Virus record (IMG/VR): IMGVR_UViG_3300024327_000003
Location: 10,682-74,681 of that record
Reading direction: 5' to 3' (one strand)
DNA length: 64,000 nt
Source of the DNA: a virus
In this document: positions 19,752-31,400 of the stretch, one piece after another
Layout of the letters: each line of letters starts with the position of its first letter
Position numbering within the stretch: position 1 is the first letter of the stretch
Notes under the pieces: generated by a model
Told to the model about the DNA's origin: nothing
Seen by the model: only the letters and a program-made list of their open reading frames with translations
Database searches by the model: none
Program-made: the position numbers and the translations under genes

Positions 19752-19780
19752 TAGACAATTATGTTAAATACCAGTAAGAT
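19752..19780 (+). promoter_or_regulatory. sigma70-type late promoter
   Basis: TAGACA-17 nt-TAAGAT upstream of 19808, followed by GAGGA RBS. Confidence 0.55.
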
Positions 19781-19807
19781 ACGTTAACTTAATTTTGAGG
19801 AAAGAAC

Positions 19808-20404
19808 ATGCCACATACTGGATACGAAAGCAAATTTCCAAATAACAATAGTCGAAATGGAATAATTGCTCCATACAATGGGCATAATAGAGATCTTGGG
19901 CAGTCTGCTTTGCCCTTTCAAACACCAAATACTGGTCCAGATTTGCAGGAAAAGATAAGAAGACTTAAAGGCTATTCTGTGCCAGGTGATACTCCTAAAC
20001 TAAGCAGTGTTACTGATCAGTTTAAGTCATTTAAACTTGGTGATGATTTTCAATTCGGACCAAAAGGGCAAGGCGAACTAGTTAATAGTAATTTTAGTAA
20101 TAGGGGCAATTTTACTGGTCTTAGTGATGACAGTTCCTTTTTTAATTTCGATAATCTTGGTTTAGGTCTAAAAGGGTTAGATTTTCTTAAAGATGCCTAT
20201 GGGCTATCTCTGCAAAAAGATCAGCTTGCTCTTAATAAACAAGCGCTCGAAGATAATCGAGCTGTAAATACTTCTAATATAGCAGCCCGGGCAGAAGATC
20301 AAAGAGTTCAGAAACGATTGATCAATAATCAAATTCTTGCAGATAATAACTTTAAATCTATTGGTAAGCGAGCAGGTGGGTATGTGCTCAATGAAACCAT
20401 TTAA
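19808..20404 (+). CDS. internal virion protein (N4 gp52 position)
   Basis: Synteny; Cys-free; LGLGLKGLDFL..AYG...K.QLA.NKQ pattern. Confidence 0.55.
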   Translation: MPHTGYESKFPNNNSRNGIIAPYNGHNRDLGQSALPFQTPNTGPDLQEKIRRLKGYSVPGDTPKLSSVTDQFKSFKLGDDFQFGPKGQGELVNSNFSNRGNFTGLSDDSSFFNFDNLGLGLKGLDFLKDAYGLSLQKDQLALNKQALEDNRAVNTSNIAARAEDQRVQKRLINNQILADNNFKSIGKRAGGYVLNETI

Positions 20405-20417
20405 GTAGAGGCGTATC

Positions 20418-22487
20418 ATGGCTAAAGTGATTGATTACCAGAGAGCTCACCAAATAAGAGCGGCTGATAGTTCAGGTATTTTAAATAACATACGCAATAC
20501 CAATAAAGATATTATTGCCAGTCTTGGCGGTATGGTTAATACCGGCGAAGAGGCATTAGAAGATTATGTTACTAACGCTACAGATAAATTCCAAGTACAA
20601 GCCGCTCAGTTAAAAACTGATGAAGCACGGAAAGCTCTGTTAGCTAATAGCGATCAATCGTTTTTAGATCTCGATGATATTAGCAAAGGATTTGTTGATG
20701 CTCAAAATCAAGATTTTAGAGTATCGGCCGAAGGCCGTGCAGTAGCAGCTGAGGGTCGAGCTGTAACAGCAGACGAACGAGATATCCTACAAGACGCAGT
20801 AACTCTCGATACCACTAAAGAAGCATTACGGCACAGCAAAGAAATCAATCCTGTTTCTTTAGATCAAGCAATACAGTCATTAGATGCCAGTAAAAAAGAA
20901 GCAGCACATCTTGAAGCTCTCCGTCCTGGAGCATTAATTAAACAAGGTCAAGAAATTACCAAAAACAGTTTAGATACGTTTGGTCAATTACAAGATATAG
21001 ATTTAGCTGAAAAAATAAATCCACTCAAAGTAGAAGGAGAACAGTACAAAACTAAATCTGCTAAATATCAATCAATCTCAGATAAACGAGGCCTTAAATA
21101 TAAACGAGAAGAGCACGAAGCTCTGAAGCAAGATGCTATAAATAAGCAACGTATCTTTGAACAAGAATCTCAGGCTTTAAGTGATGCAAGAAAGCGAGCT
21201 CAAACTAAAGATGAGCAGGACAAAATTGATAACGCTCAAAAAAATTTAGAGACTAAACGTATAAACGATGAATACGATAATAACGTTGCTTATAAAGCTC
21301 TCAAATTAGCAAACGATCAGGCAAGAGAAGAAAATGTGCGTAAAGATCGAACAGATAAAATAGCTGTTCAAGATAGCATAGCTGCTTTTCAGCCTAGTGG
21401 TAATTTAGATAACGATATTGCCGCATATGATGTCTTAAGACAGGGCGCTATTGACGGAAGAATGTCTGAAGAAAACAAAGCATTACTTAAACCTATCGAA
21501 GATAGATTAGTAGATCGATATTCTACTGATATTGATGCTAGGTTAGAGCGTCTTACTGGCGAATCTACTTCTACACTTAAGGAAAACGCATACACATTTG
21601 ACTTATATAAACAATTGCGCGATGGAATTGTTGGAAATTTAGGACAACCAAGTAAATTTCATTGGATGACTGAATCTCAATTAGAAACAATTGCTGATAA
21701 AGCTATCAATGATAATAATCCTGCGAAAATAAAATTTCGTCGAGTTACTCAAGCACTTGAACTTAAAAATAAATTAGAAGCCAGATCTAGAGAAACAGTT
21801 GCAAAGAAATATGATTTAAACCAAGAAGATATTGAAACACTAAATCGTGATCCTGAAGCCAGTATTTATGATCGTGTACAGACTCGGTTGAAAGATGTTG
21901 ATTGGGATAAAGAAAATATTCGAGCATTGCGAAACAGCATTTCTAATACGTTTATAAAACTACGCAAGGCACTACCTGGATTATCACTTGAAGGACAAGA
22001 ACAATTAAATTTAGGTGTATTAGATTTGTATGCAAAAGCTAATTTTAATCAGGATTATATTCCTTATAATCATAATGATTTTTCATTAGCTGACGATAAA
22101 GAAACAGATATTTCTGATCGAGAAATTCCTGCATTATTTCAAGTTATACAAAGAAGTTTTGGTAAAAAGACAGATTTAGGAGATGCAATTGCTGCAATAG
22201 ATGCTGCAACTGCTGAAGCTAATAAGAAGAAAAGTCAGCTAGAGAAAAGTGCTGAAAAAGTAACTCCGAAGGGATTAACAAAAGAAGAATACAGAGCTAA
22301 AAAGAAAGCTAATTTAAAAAAATATGAACAAAATCTTAAAAATGCATTAAGTCCTGATCCAGAAGCAGTAGCTAAATTAGAAGCAGCAATTGCTGCTCTA
22401 GATCCTAATGATCCTAAGGACGCTATACAATTAAAACGATATAACCGAGTTAATGATGTTAAAAAATTCTTTGGATTTGGGAAATAA
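20418..22487 (+). CDS. internal virion/ejection protein (N4 gp51 position)
   Basis: Directly upstream of vRNAP; Cys-free, helical/coiled-coil; AEGRAV tandem repeats. Confidence 0.6.
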   Translation: MAKVIDYQRAHQIRAADSSGILNNIRNTNKDIIASLGGMVNTGEEALEDYVTNATDKFQVQAAQLKTDEARKALLANSDQSFLDLDDISKGFVDAQNQDFRVSAEGRAVAAEGRAVTADERDILQDAVTLDTTKEALRHSKEINPVSLDQAIQSLDASKKEAAHLEALRPGALIKQGQEITKNSLDTFGQLQDIDLAEKINPLKVEGEQYKTKSAKYQSISDKRGLKYKREEHEALKQDAINKQRIFEQESQALSDARKRAQTKDEQDKIDNAQKNLETKRINDEYDNNVAYKALKLANDQAREENVRKDRTDKIAVQDSIAAFQPSGNLDNDIAAYDVLRQGAIDGRMSEENKALLKPIEDRLVDRYSTDIDARLERLTGESTSTLKENAYTFDLYKQLRDGIVGNLGQPSKFHWMTESQLETIADKAINDNNPAKIKFRRVTQALELKNKLEARSRETVAKKYDLNQEDIETLNRDPEASIYDRVQTRLKDVDWDKENIRALRNSISNTFIKLRKALPGLSLEGQEQLNLGVLDLYAKANFNQDYIPYNHNDFSLADDKETDISDREIPALFQVIQRSFGKKTDLGDAIAAIDAATAEANKKKSQLEKSAEKVTPKGLTKEEYRAKKKANLKKYEQNLKNALSPDPEAVAKLEAAIAALDPNDPKDAIQLKRYNRVNDVKKFFGFGK

Positions 22488-25400
22488 TGAATTTTGATGA
22501 ACGTCTTTTAGCTGTTCGAGATCAAGTATTATCAAAAAAAGCTGAAACAGCTACGCTTGTTGCTGATGCTAAAAATTCCTTTTTACCATCTTCTCAGCTT
22601 GCTGATGCAGATTTGTTCAGACAAACTGCGCAAGATGTCGATACTGATCTATTCAGAGAAGTTACTCCTGGTAGTACAGAGATATTTAAAGAAGTTGGTG
22701 AAGAGGCTACCAGTCTTAAAGCCAATTCCCCAATTGTATCTCAAGAAGGGCCTATATCTTTACATGAAGACGGCACCTATTCAGTAACCACTGCTGAAGG
22801 TGTATTCATTCCCGGGTTAACTGAATTAAATGCCCGAGAATTTGCTGGATATAATCAAGAAAATGCCAGAGCTGTAAAAGCAGGAGCCCCTACAGATTTC
22901 TTAGGTACCAAAGCAAATGCTATTGTTCAGACCACTATCGATCTGGGAGCACAAGCTGCCTCAGCGTTTACTACAGATCCTGAAAATCTTAAAGCAATTA
23001 AAGACTTCTCTGCGAACCTTAAAACTAAAGTTCCAGTTAATCGTAAAGAACAAGTAGCTGCCCATACAGCTTTCACCACGATTGCTAAAAATAGTGGTAA
23101 TTGGGAAGCTACTAAGAATGCTTTATTTAACGATCTAGGTACTCTTATCTCACAGGGCATAGACAGTGTTCCCTACATGGTGGCATTCACCATAGGAGGA
23201 CCTGTAGCCCAGACAGCTATTCTTACCTCTTTAGCTATTGGTAAGGGTAATCAGGCCATTGAAGAATTCACCGAAAAGAACGGTCGCAGGCCTACTGAGA
23301 AAGAAGCTACTCGTATTAAATTATGGTCAGCTGTTGGTACTGTTGCTGAGAAATACGGTGATATGGCAGCTGTTAAAGCTATCCCGGGTCGACTGGCTTG
23401 GATTAAGCAAGTTCAGAAGACTGTCAAAGAAGTCACCCCACCCAGTATTCTTAGCTTAACTGTACTTCGACCAGCAAGAGGACTTGCCGGTGAAGGATTA
23501 TCTGGAGGTATTACCTCTGCTACCGAACAATTAGCTGCTGAAGGTGAGATCACAGATACTGCAGCTATCACATACGATGCTCTGGCAGAAGCTGCTGGTA
23601 CTCCTGGAGGAGTTGCCACTATCGTTGCTGGTCTCACCGGTGTACATGCAAGTATTAAACTAACCGAAAGATTAGCTGATGCTGCTATCAGTCCTTCCAG
23701 TAAAACCAAAATTAAAGAATCAATAGAGAAAGAGATTGCAGGTATTAAGGCAATTTTAGCAGGACAAGAAACTATAAAATTTGGTAATACAGAAGAAGGC
23801 GACAAATACATTAAAAAATTAGCAGAGATAGAAGTAACTCTTGCGGCAGCAAATATTGATATTGATGGAAATTTTGATAAAGAAAAGGCTGATACTGAAA
23901 ACGCAATATTTAATGGAATGTACATGGCATATAAAGAAGCCAATCCATTAAGCAGTAATGAGGAAGCTAATGTTGAAACTAGAAAACAACTTCGAAAAGA
24001 AATTGCTGCATTAGAAGCTCATAAAAAAGAAGTAACAGAAAAACTAGATACTCCTCTTTCTGGTGACGAAACTGTAGATCATATTAAGGAATTAGAAGAT
24101 ACCAAAGTTTTTTTAGAAGGTCTTCTTGAGAAAGGTGACTTTTCTGACAAGACCATAACAAAGGATTTAAAAGACGCTAAAGAAACTATTAAACCTAGTA
24201 AAGAAAATACTGAGATTGAAGATGATGAATTCAACACTATTATCAAAGACGCTAATAAATCTACTACTCAAAAAACTATAGAGAGTTTAACTAAAGTAAG
24301 TAAACGCGTATTGTCTGCTTCTCAAAAAGCAGCATTGGTTATTAGCAATAATAAACTAATTAAAAAATTAACAGATAAAGTTGGAACAGTATTAGATGTT
24401 GTAGATAAAGTAAGTTTCTTTGGCAGCATAGGCCCAACTATTGCTGAAATTCAAACAGCTATTGATACTGCTAAAAATGATCATGATAGGGTACTTCTAC
24501 AAGCTCAATTAGATGCTCTCAAAATAGAAGAGCAGTTAGATACAAAGTCTGTTGATAAAACCATGGCAGAAGTTCATGACGAAGTAGAAGAGGGCACATC
24601 TCAGAGATGGAGAGGCATAAAGAGCTATCAAGACGAGATATTAGATATTATTAATAGCGACATGCATTACCAATTAGCTCAGCAAAAGATTACAGTCCTT
24701 GAGCAACGATTGAAAGTGCATGCAGATAATCTACAAAATAAAGCAGATAAATTTGCTGAAGCACATAAGCTAGCTCTTGCAGATCCCCAAGGACGTTCGA
24801 TCCGTGTAGTTAGTCGGAGTGATAAAAAGGCTCGAGGCGAACGGGCTGTACGTTATGAAATTCCTAAGGGAGATGATAAATACGTTACTGAGAAAAACAA
24901 GAAAGCACCATTTACTACTATTATTCATAAAAAGTCTAATACCTTAATTACTGTAGTTACTAAAGAAGCCTCTTATGGACAGTTAACAACCCAAGTAGTA
25001 AAAGGGCATAAGACTACTTCTTTTCATAAAAATGCTCAGCAACTCAAAAGAGATAAAGCTAATGCTGCTGCACAATTAGCAAAAGCAAAGTCTATAGAAG
25101 GCAATATTAAAACAGTAGCTGACCCTGCTACTCAAAAAGATATAAATAAGTTAAAGAATCCAGAAGGCAAAACCTCTCCCAAAGCTGACCCGGTGGAGGC
25201 GTCGGCGCAGCCAGAGCCGACACAGGGCAGCGATAAAACAACTAAATCTGATGTCTTTCATTCCAATTCACCTGGAGTTAAACGAGCATTTGATATATTT
25301 GACATAGAAAAACTTCAAGAACAAATTAAAAGATTAGAAAAAATATTAGCTAACCCTGAAACAATTAAAGCTAATAGCGAACATACAGCAGCTGAACGTA

Positions 25401-28400
25401 TTGCTCAGGCTAAATTAAATCTTGAAGCAGCAAAAATACAATTAGAGTATTTACAAGAAGGTCAAGAAAAAGGGTTAGCTTCTCCAGAAAGTATACGATT
25501 TATAGTAGTAAAGACAGATCAATTAAAAGCACAATTAGCTAAACTTAAATCAGGTACAAAAGCACACACTGCAAAAGCAGCTGAATTAAAAGAAGCGAAT
25601 GATGCATTAACTGCTTTAATTGATAAAGATGTAGAAACTGAATTAGATCTTAAGGAAGAAGAAAATGCTAAAAAATCAAAAACAGGAACTACGGGACAAG
25701 CTCCAGGATCTGGGAAAGAAACTTCGTCTACTACGGTTCCTCCTAAACGTTCTGGACAAAACAGGAATAATGAACGAGGAAAGCCCCAAGCAGCTCCAAC
25801 CAAAAAGAAAAAGGTTCCATCAGATTCTCCAATTAAAGTAGGAGATAAAGTTCAATGGACTTTACGGGGTGTAGATCAATTTAAAGAACCTACTACTGTA
25901 TTAAAGATTTACCCGCTAACTCCAGACGGTTTTACTTATGTAAAACTTGAAGGAACTAATACGGGTGCACTAATTACAGAATTAACTGTTGTTGATTCTA
26001 CTAAACAGACAATTCCTAAAACATTTGAATTTACTAAAGATGAATCATTTGCTTTAGCAGATCCTGAGAATGGATATTCTCCAGAAGATATTCAACGATT
26101 ACTGGATGATCCTGTATTTGCAGCAGAAGCTTTAGCTGAAGCGAAGCCTACCCCGTTAACTGCCGAAGAACAAGCAGCAGAAGATTTAGAGCGAGAAGAA
26201 AATGATGATTTTGGTATTACTGAAGATTTTGCCGATGGTGGAGATACAGTTAAAATAGTTGCTGCCCTAGAGCGATTACAAGCATCTAGACAAGCTCCTT
26301 CAACCAATAAACTTACTAAAACGCTACTAAAAGGATTTAAAACTACAGACGTAGCTTTACAGTGGTTAATCGATAATGCAGTTAATCCAGAATTTAAAGG
26401 GGTAGCAAAACAACTATTAGGTACAGTTGGTAAACTAGAAGTTAGATTTAGCGAAAAAAGACCTGATAGTGCACTTGGATCTACTATAGTTACTGTAGAT
26501 GGAGTGGAAGTACAAAGAGATATAGAACCTACTGGCACAAGTACGTCTGTTACAGAATTTATTGGTATTGTCATTTATGCTAATGCTTTAGATAATAAAG
26601 TGCTTACTACAGAAGAAGTATTATTACATGAACTTATTCATGTAGCTGTGCGGAATACTTTTACAAACCCCATAACTAAAGCACAAAAAGCAGCTGTTAA
26701 AGAGTTACACAAAATAAATAGTTTATTGCGTGTTGAATTTGATGCTATAGAACATGGTGGTAGAGATCCTGAACGGGCATTTGGCGGAAAATTAACAAAA
26801 AAAGAAATTAATATTTTAGAAAAATTAGTAAATCAAACTCCAGAAGAATTTATTACATATGGATTGACGAATAAACTTTATCAAAATATCCTAAAGAAAC
26901 TTCCTCCCCAGTATGAATATGGTGAAACACCGAAGAATAAGCCTTCATCTTTATGGTCACAGTTTGTTAGTGTCGTACGTATTGTTCTCAATATCCCAGA
27001 ACATCAGCATACTTTATTAACTCAGATACTAGAAGCTAGCTCTGACCTAATACTAATTGCTGATGTAATTATTCCTTCTAATGAAAGTTTTGAAGACGTC
27101 GATCTTGATGCAATATTTGGTGCCGAAGGTAACTTTGGTGATTTCGAAAATGAATTTGCTGGTGAGAGTGCAGAAGAGCAAACACCTAAAGAGTTTTTAG
27201 AGGCAGATGCTAACAGGGAGCAGACTGCGGAAATAGAAGAAATAGATGATCTAGCTCCTTCCGATGTAACCGATCGATTTATACCTATTGAAGAGCTAAG
27301 CAAACAAGCTCTGTATCTGGTATTCCCAGAAGTCATTACCAGAAATGGGAAACTAAAAATAAAAGAGCAGGCTAATTTAACTGGACCGCAGAGAAAACAA
27401 TTTGGATTAATACTAAATCAATTGGCCAGCTTATTTGATCTGGATGTAATTAAGAATAGGAAAAAAGATTTCCCAGCGTTATTAGATGCACTTAAAGATC
27501 TCGGTGATACCAAGAACTTTATTGAAGTAACTAAAGATACATTGCCTATTGTTATTACCGATGAGCAATTAACTGAGAATAAAACTAAAGCCCTCCCGGG
27601 TAGAAAACGTGCAGCTCAAAAGAAGGGCGAAAAAGCTCCAACATTAGAAGAACTAAAAGCAGATAGCGGAGATAGCGCCTTAGGTATTTTAAGTAAGAAG
27701 TTCGCTGAACTAGTTCAGGTGCGTGTAAATAAGAAAGGCAAAGAAGCTACTGGCATATTTGCTCTTCCTGATGTTGTCTTTAAAAGTGACGCAATGCTAC
27801 AAAGAGCCTTAATCACATTAGGCTTAAGTAGACCTGCAGCTGTTCAGATGACCATCGAATATAATAGGTTCGCTAAAAAGTATCAGGACATTAAACTTAC
27901 TGAAACCTTCTCTACCGGAATTCCTGCTGCTAGAAAGCCACTATCTTTACTCCACCGAGGAGAAGAAGGATTACCTCCACAAATCATATTTGCAATGGCT
28001 ATAGGCTCAATGCAGATGATTAGTAGGAATCCTACTAATATAGCGTTTAGAAGTGGCTTTGCTAAATCAGAATTTTTATATAATACATACACTGATTTAA
28101 CCGGAGAAGAGAGTGAGCAACTTGATGAAGTAGGCTCCGGGTATAACAACACGGCAGAATCTACAGGTAAAAGCATTGCTGCTTTACTGAAGATAACTTC
28201 GGTCGATGTAGAGACCTCAGGTTACTTCGATCATTTAGAGATTGCTTTAGGACTAGCAGCTATACAAATAGAGCACGGTCCCAGCACTAAACTTAATAAA
28301 TTAACTTTTGAAGAAAGATCCAAATTACCAGATTCTCGCTATCATGTAGCGTCCCATATCTGGAATTTTAAACAAGTTCCTTATAATGCAGATCGTAAAT

Positions 28401-31400
28401 TCAATAGCAAGATAACTCAAGAAATAGCAGATGAATTAAATAAGGATGTTACAAAACCTAAGAATTTAAAATATCATAGCCAAACAACGTATCCCACGGT
28501 TGCTTCGCTACAAGCAGTAATGCAGCAATTACGTAATAAATTATCAAAAGATAAAACTGCCCTTAAAGCAATAATGGCAGACATGGCTATACTTCGTGCT
28601 GAACTGAATTACCGATCAAAGACTGTAGGGCTCAGAGACGCCACAGAATATAAACACATTCAGATTCATACACCTAGAGTCACTACAATAAGCGAAGACG
28701 GAACAAAAGAGCATAAAGAAACTCCATTTGAATTTTCAGATAAAGAAGCAGCTGCCTTAAAGGAAACTGAAGAGGCATTTGGTATTCAGTCCCATAATAA
28801 ATTTCCTTTACAAAAACCTAGCAAAAATATTGTTACCGAGGTTAGGAATTCAAACGGTAAAGTACCGGAAGAAGTTACAGAAACACTTACAGGGATGCAT
28901 AATAATGCCTGGACTAAAGCACAAGCTATGGACATGTTGTCTCTTGTTGCAGAGATCCCAGGTTTACGTGCTGTCATTGACACCTTGGCCGGCGTAGTTA
29001 AAATACATAAACGTGCTCACGAAGCCGTTAAATTATCTGATTCCGCATCAAATGCTAATAAGACAATTGCTTTGGATGAAGTACTCGAAGCTAATAAGCC
29101 AGAAAATAATAAATTAGAGAAATTCTTTTTTACTTATCGTTTACAAAATCAGCTTCGTATTTTGATGGACGGTAATATTAACCCGCAACAAAGCAAAGTA
29201 ACTAGACAATTACTTAGATCAGATGACAAAGTTACTGTTTACACAAAAGATAATATTCATCTATTTAAGCAATCTGTCGCTTCTCATCTTGGAGTTAAAA
29301 TAGATAAACAAAATTTAGCTGCCTCTGAAGCTGAATTCGATACCATAGTAAATGACCCGCATGTACAGAGGGCAGTAATTATTTTAGCTAACTTAGGAAA
29401 GAATCCTAAGAAAGACAAAAAATTAAAAACATTACTGCCTAAAATTCAGAATAAGTTTGGCGGAGATATTTCTATATTTGCTGCGCTGGTGGCATTAACT
29501 AATTATATGCCTGATGGGAAACCTCCTACTGAAGTAAGTGAGTCTTTTAGCTCAGATACTCTGCTTGAAATTGATGGCATCTCTAATGGATTTGCTCAGA
29601 ACGTAGGACAATTTCCTAATCTATACGGCGAAGAATTCAATGAACAGGTACAAAATCAGGTAGGGATATATAAAGGCAAAGAAGGAGATGAGATTCATCA
29701 CAATACTGATGCTCTTGATATCTATCATACTCTCGTAGAAAAAGTAATCGAAGGAGAAGATGCAGATATTGCTGCAGAATACGCTAGAAAGAGAAATCAG
29801 TTTTTTAATGAAGATGCTTATAAGAATAAAGATACTGCTCTAAAAGCTATATATAAGCAATTAAGGGATGAAAACTCTAGGGACTTGGTCAAGTATCCGT
29901 TTCTCATATTCATGTACGGAGGAGGCATTAAGAGCATCTCTGAAGGTGTTGCCAAACTGATAGTAGGAGAGATATACCAGCAATTAAGTGCTTTGAATAT
30001 CAAGTATCAGGATCTTGTAGAAGACAAGACATTGACTGAAGCACAAAAGGCTCCTCTATTGGTAGCTGAAATAAAAAAAATTAGAAAACTTGCAGATCAT
30101 TTAGAGACTATTGGCGCTTTTAAATTTAATAAAGGTAAAACAGATCGATTCCAAAGTAGAGATGATTTTGTCCGGAGTATAGTAAAAGGTACTTCCCAAA
30201 CTAAATATCTCAATGACAGCTTTCTAATAACTAACGTAGGAGAGGTCCTGGCTCCTAGATTCCATCATGGATTAACCGGCATGCTTGGAGGTACCCAACA
30301 GGCTAGAGACGCTGTAATTCAATCTGGGGAGATCCTACATGCAGCCTTTATGGTGCATTTCGAGAAAGCTTATGCAGAGAAATTAGGTAAGAGATCTTCA
30401 TTATCTAAAAAAGAGATAGACGCTCTTATTGAAGAACAGTTATTAGATGTATTCCCGCAATACAAAGGCCCGCTCATGACAAAAGAAGAGCGAGCATTTG
30501 TTGACTTAACTAAACGGGCACTATCACAGGCTATTAGTAATGAGGAAGTAAGTAAGTTTGCTTTCACAAATGAAAAAGGTACTCCTTCTGATGTCGGTGG
30601 GTCTCCACGACAAAGTGTATTTGTATCTCCTGGAGTAAGTGCACTTATTAGATTAATCATTAATATGGACTCAGCCATATTAACTAAAGTATTAGCCAAG
30701 TTTCCAAATGCCCTAGCTCTACATGACGCAATTATGGCTAATCCTTCAATATTAGAAGATGTGTCCAATGAGTACGGAAATGTATTTAATGAGCTCCATA
30801 AAAATCATAGCATCCTGCAAACTATTAGCGATCAAGTAGACACAGTAATTAAAATTACTGAAGCTAAAGATAAAGCTAATGGTAATCGAGCTTTAATGCA
30901 GGCACTGAATACATGGTTAATAACTGAAGGACATCAAAATCAATTTGCTAGAAAGACTGAAGATATTCAGGACCTTAATGCATTTCGGGCAAATATTGCT
31001 GAAGCTCTAGCAATTGTTACCGAAGGTAGAGCTGAAAGACAGAAAGAAGTTTCTAAAGCAGGCGGGAAAGTATTTAATCATCAGCTATTCTTAGCTCGGA
31101 AAGAAAGTAAAAAAGCTAAAAAGAATACTAAACCTAAAGTAAAGAAGAAGAAAGTTACTTTAGAAACAGAGCTCGAAAAGAAAGTAGTTATAAGCGTTAA
31201 GCGAGCTAAGCGTCCTAAGATGACAGAGACGATTGATATTATAGTGACGCCTACAGATTCCGATACAATTCCTTCTGTTCTTCATGGCGGTAAAGATGTT
31301 CCTGCTATTATTTTAGGAAATTTTGCCGTACATAAAGGACAGCCTGATTCTGGTAAAAATAAAGATATTTTTGGAAAAGGAAAGACATCTCAAGTTACTC

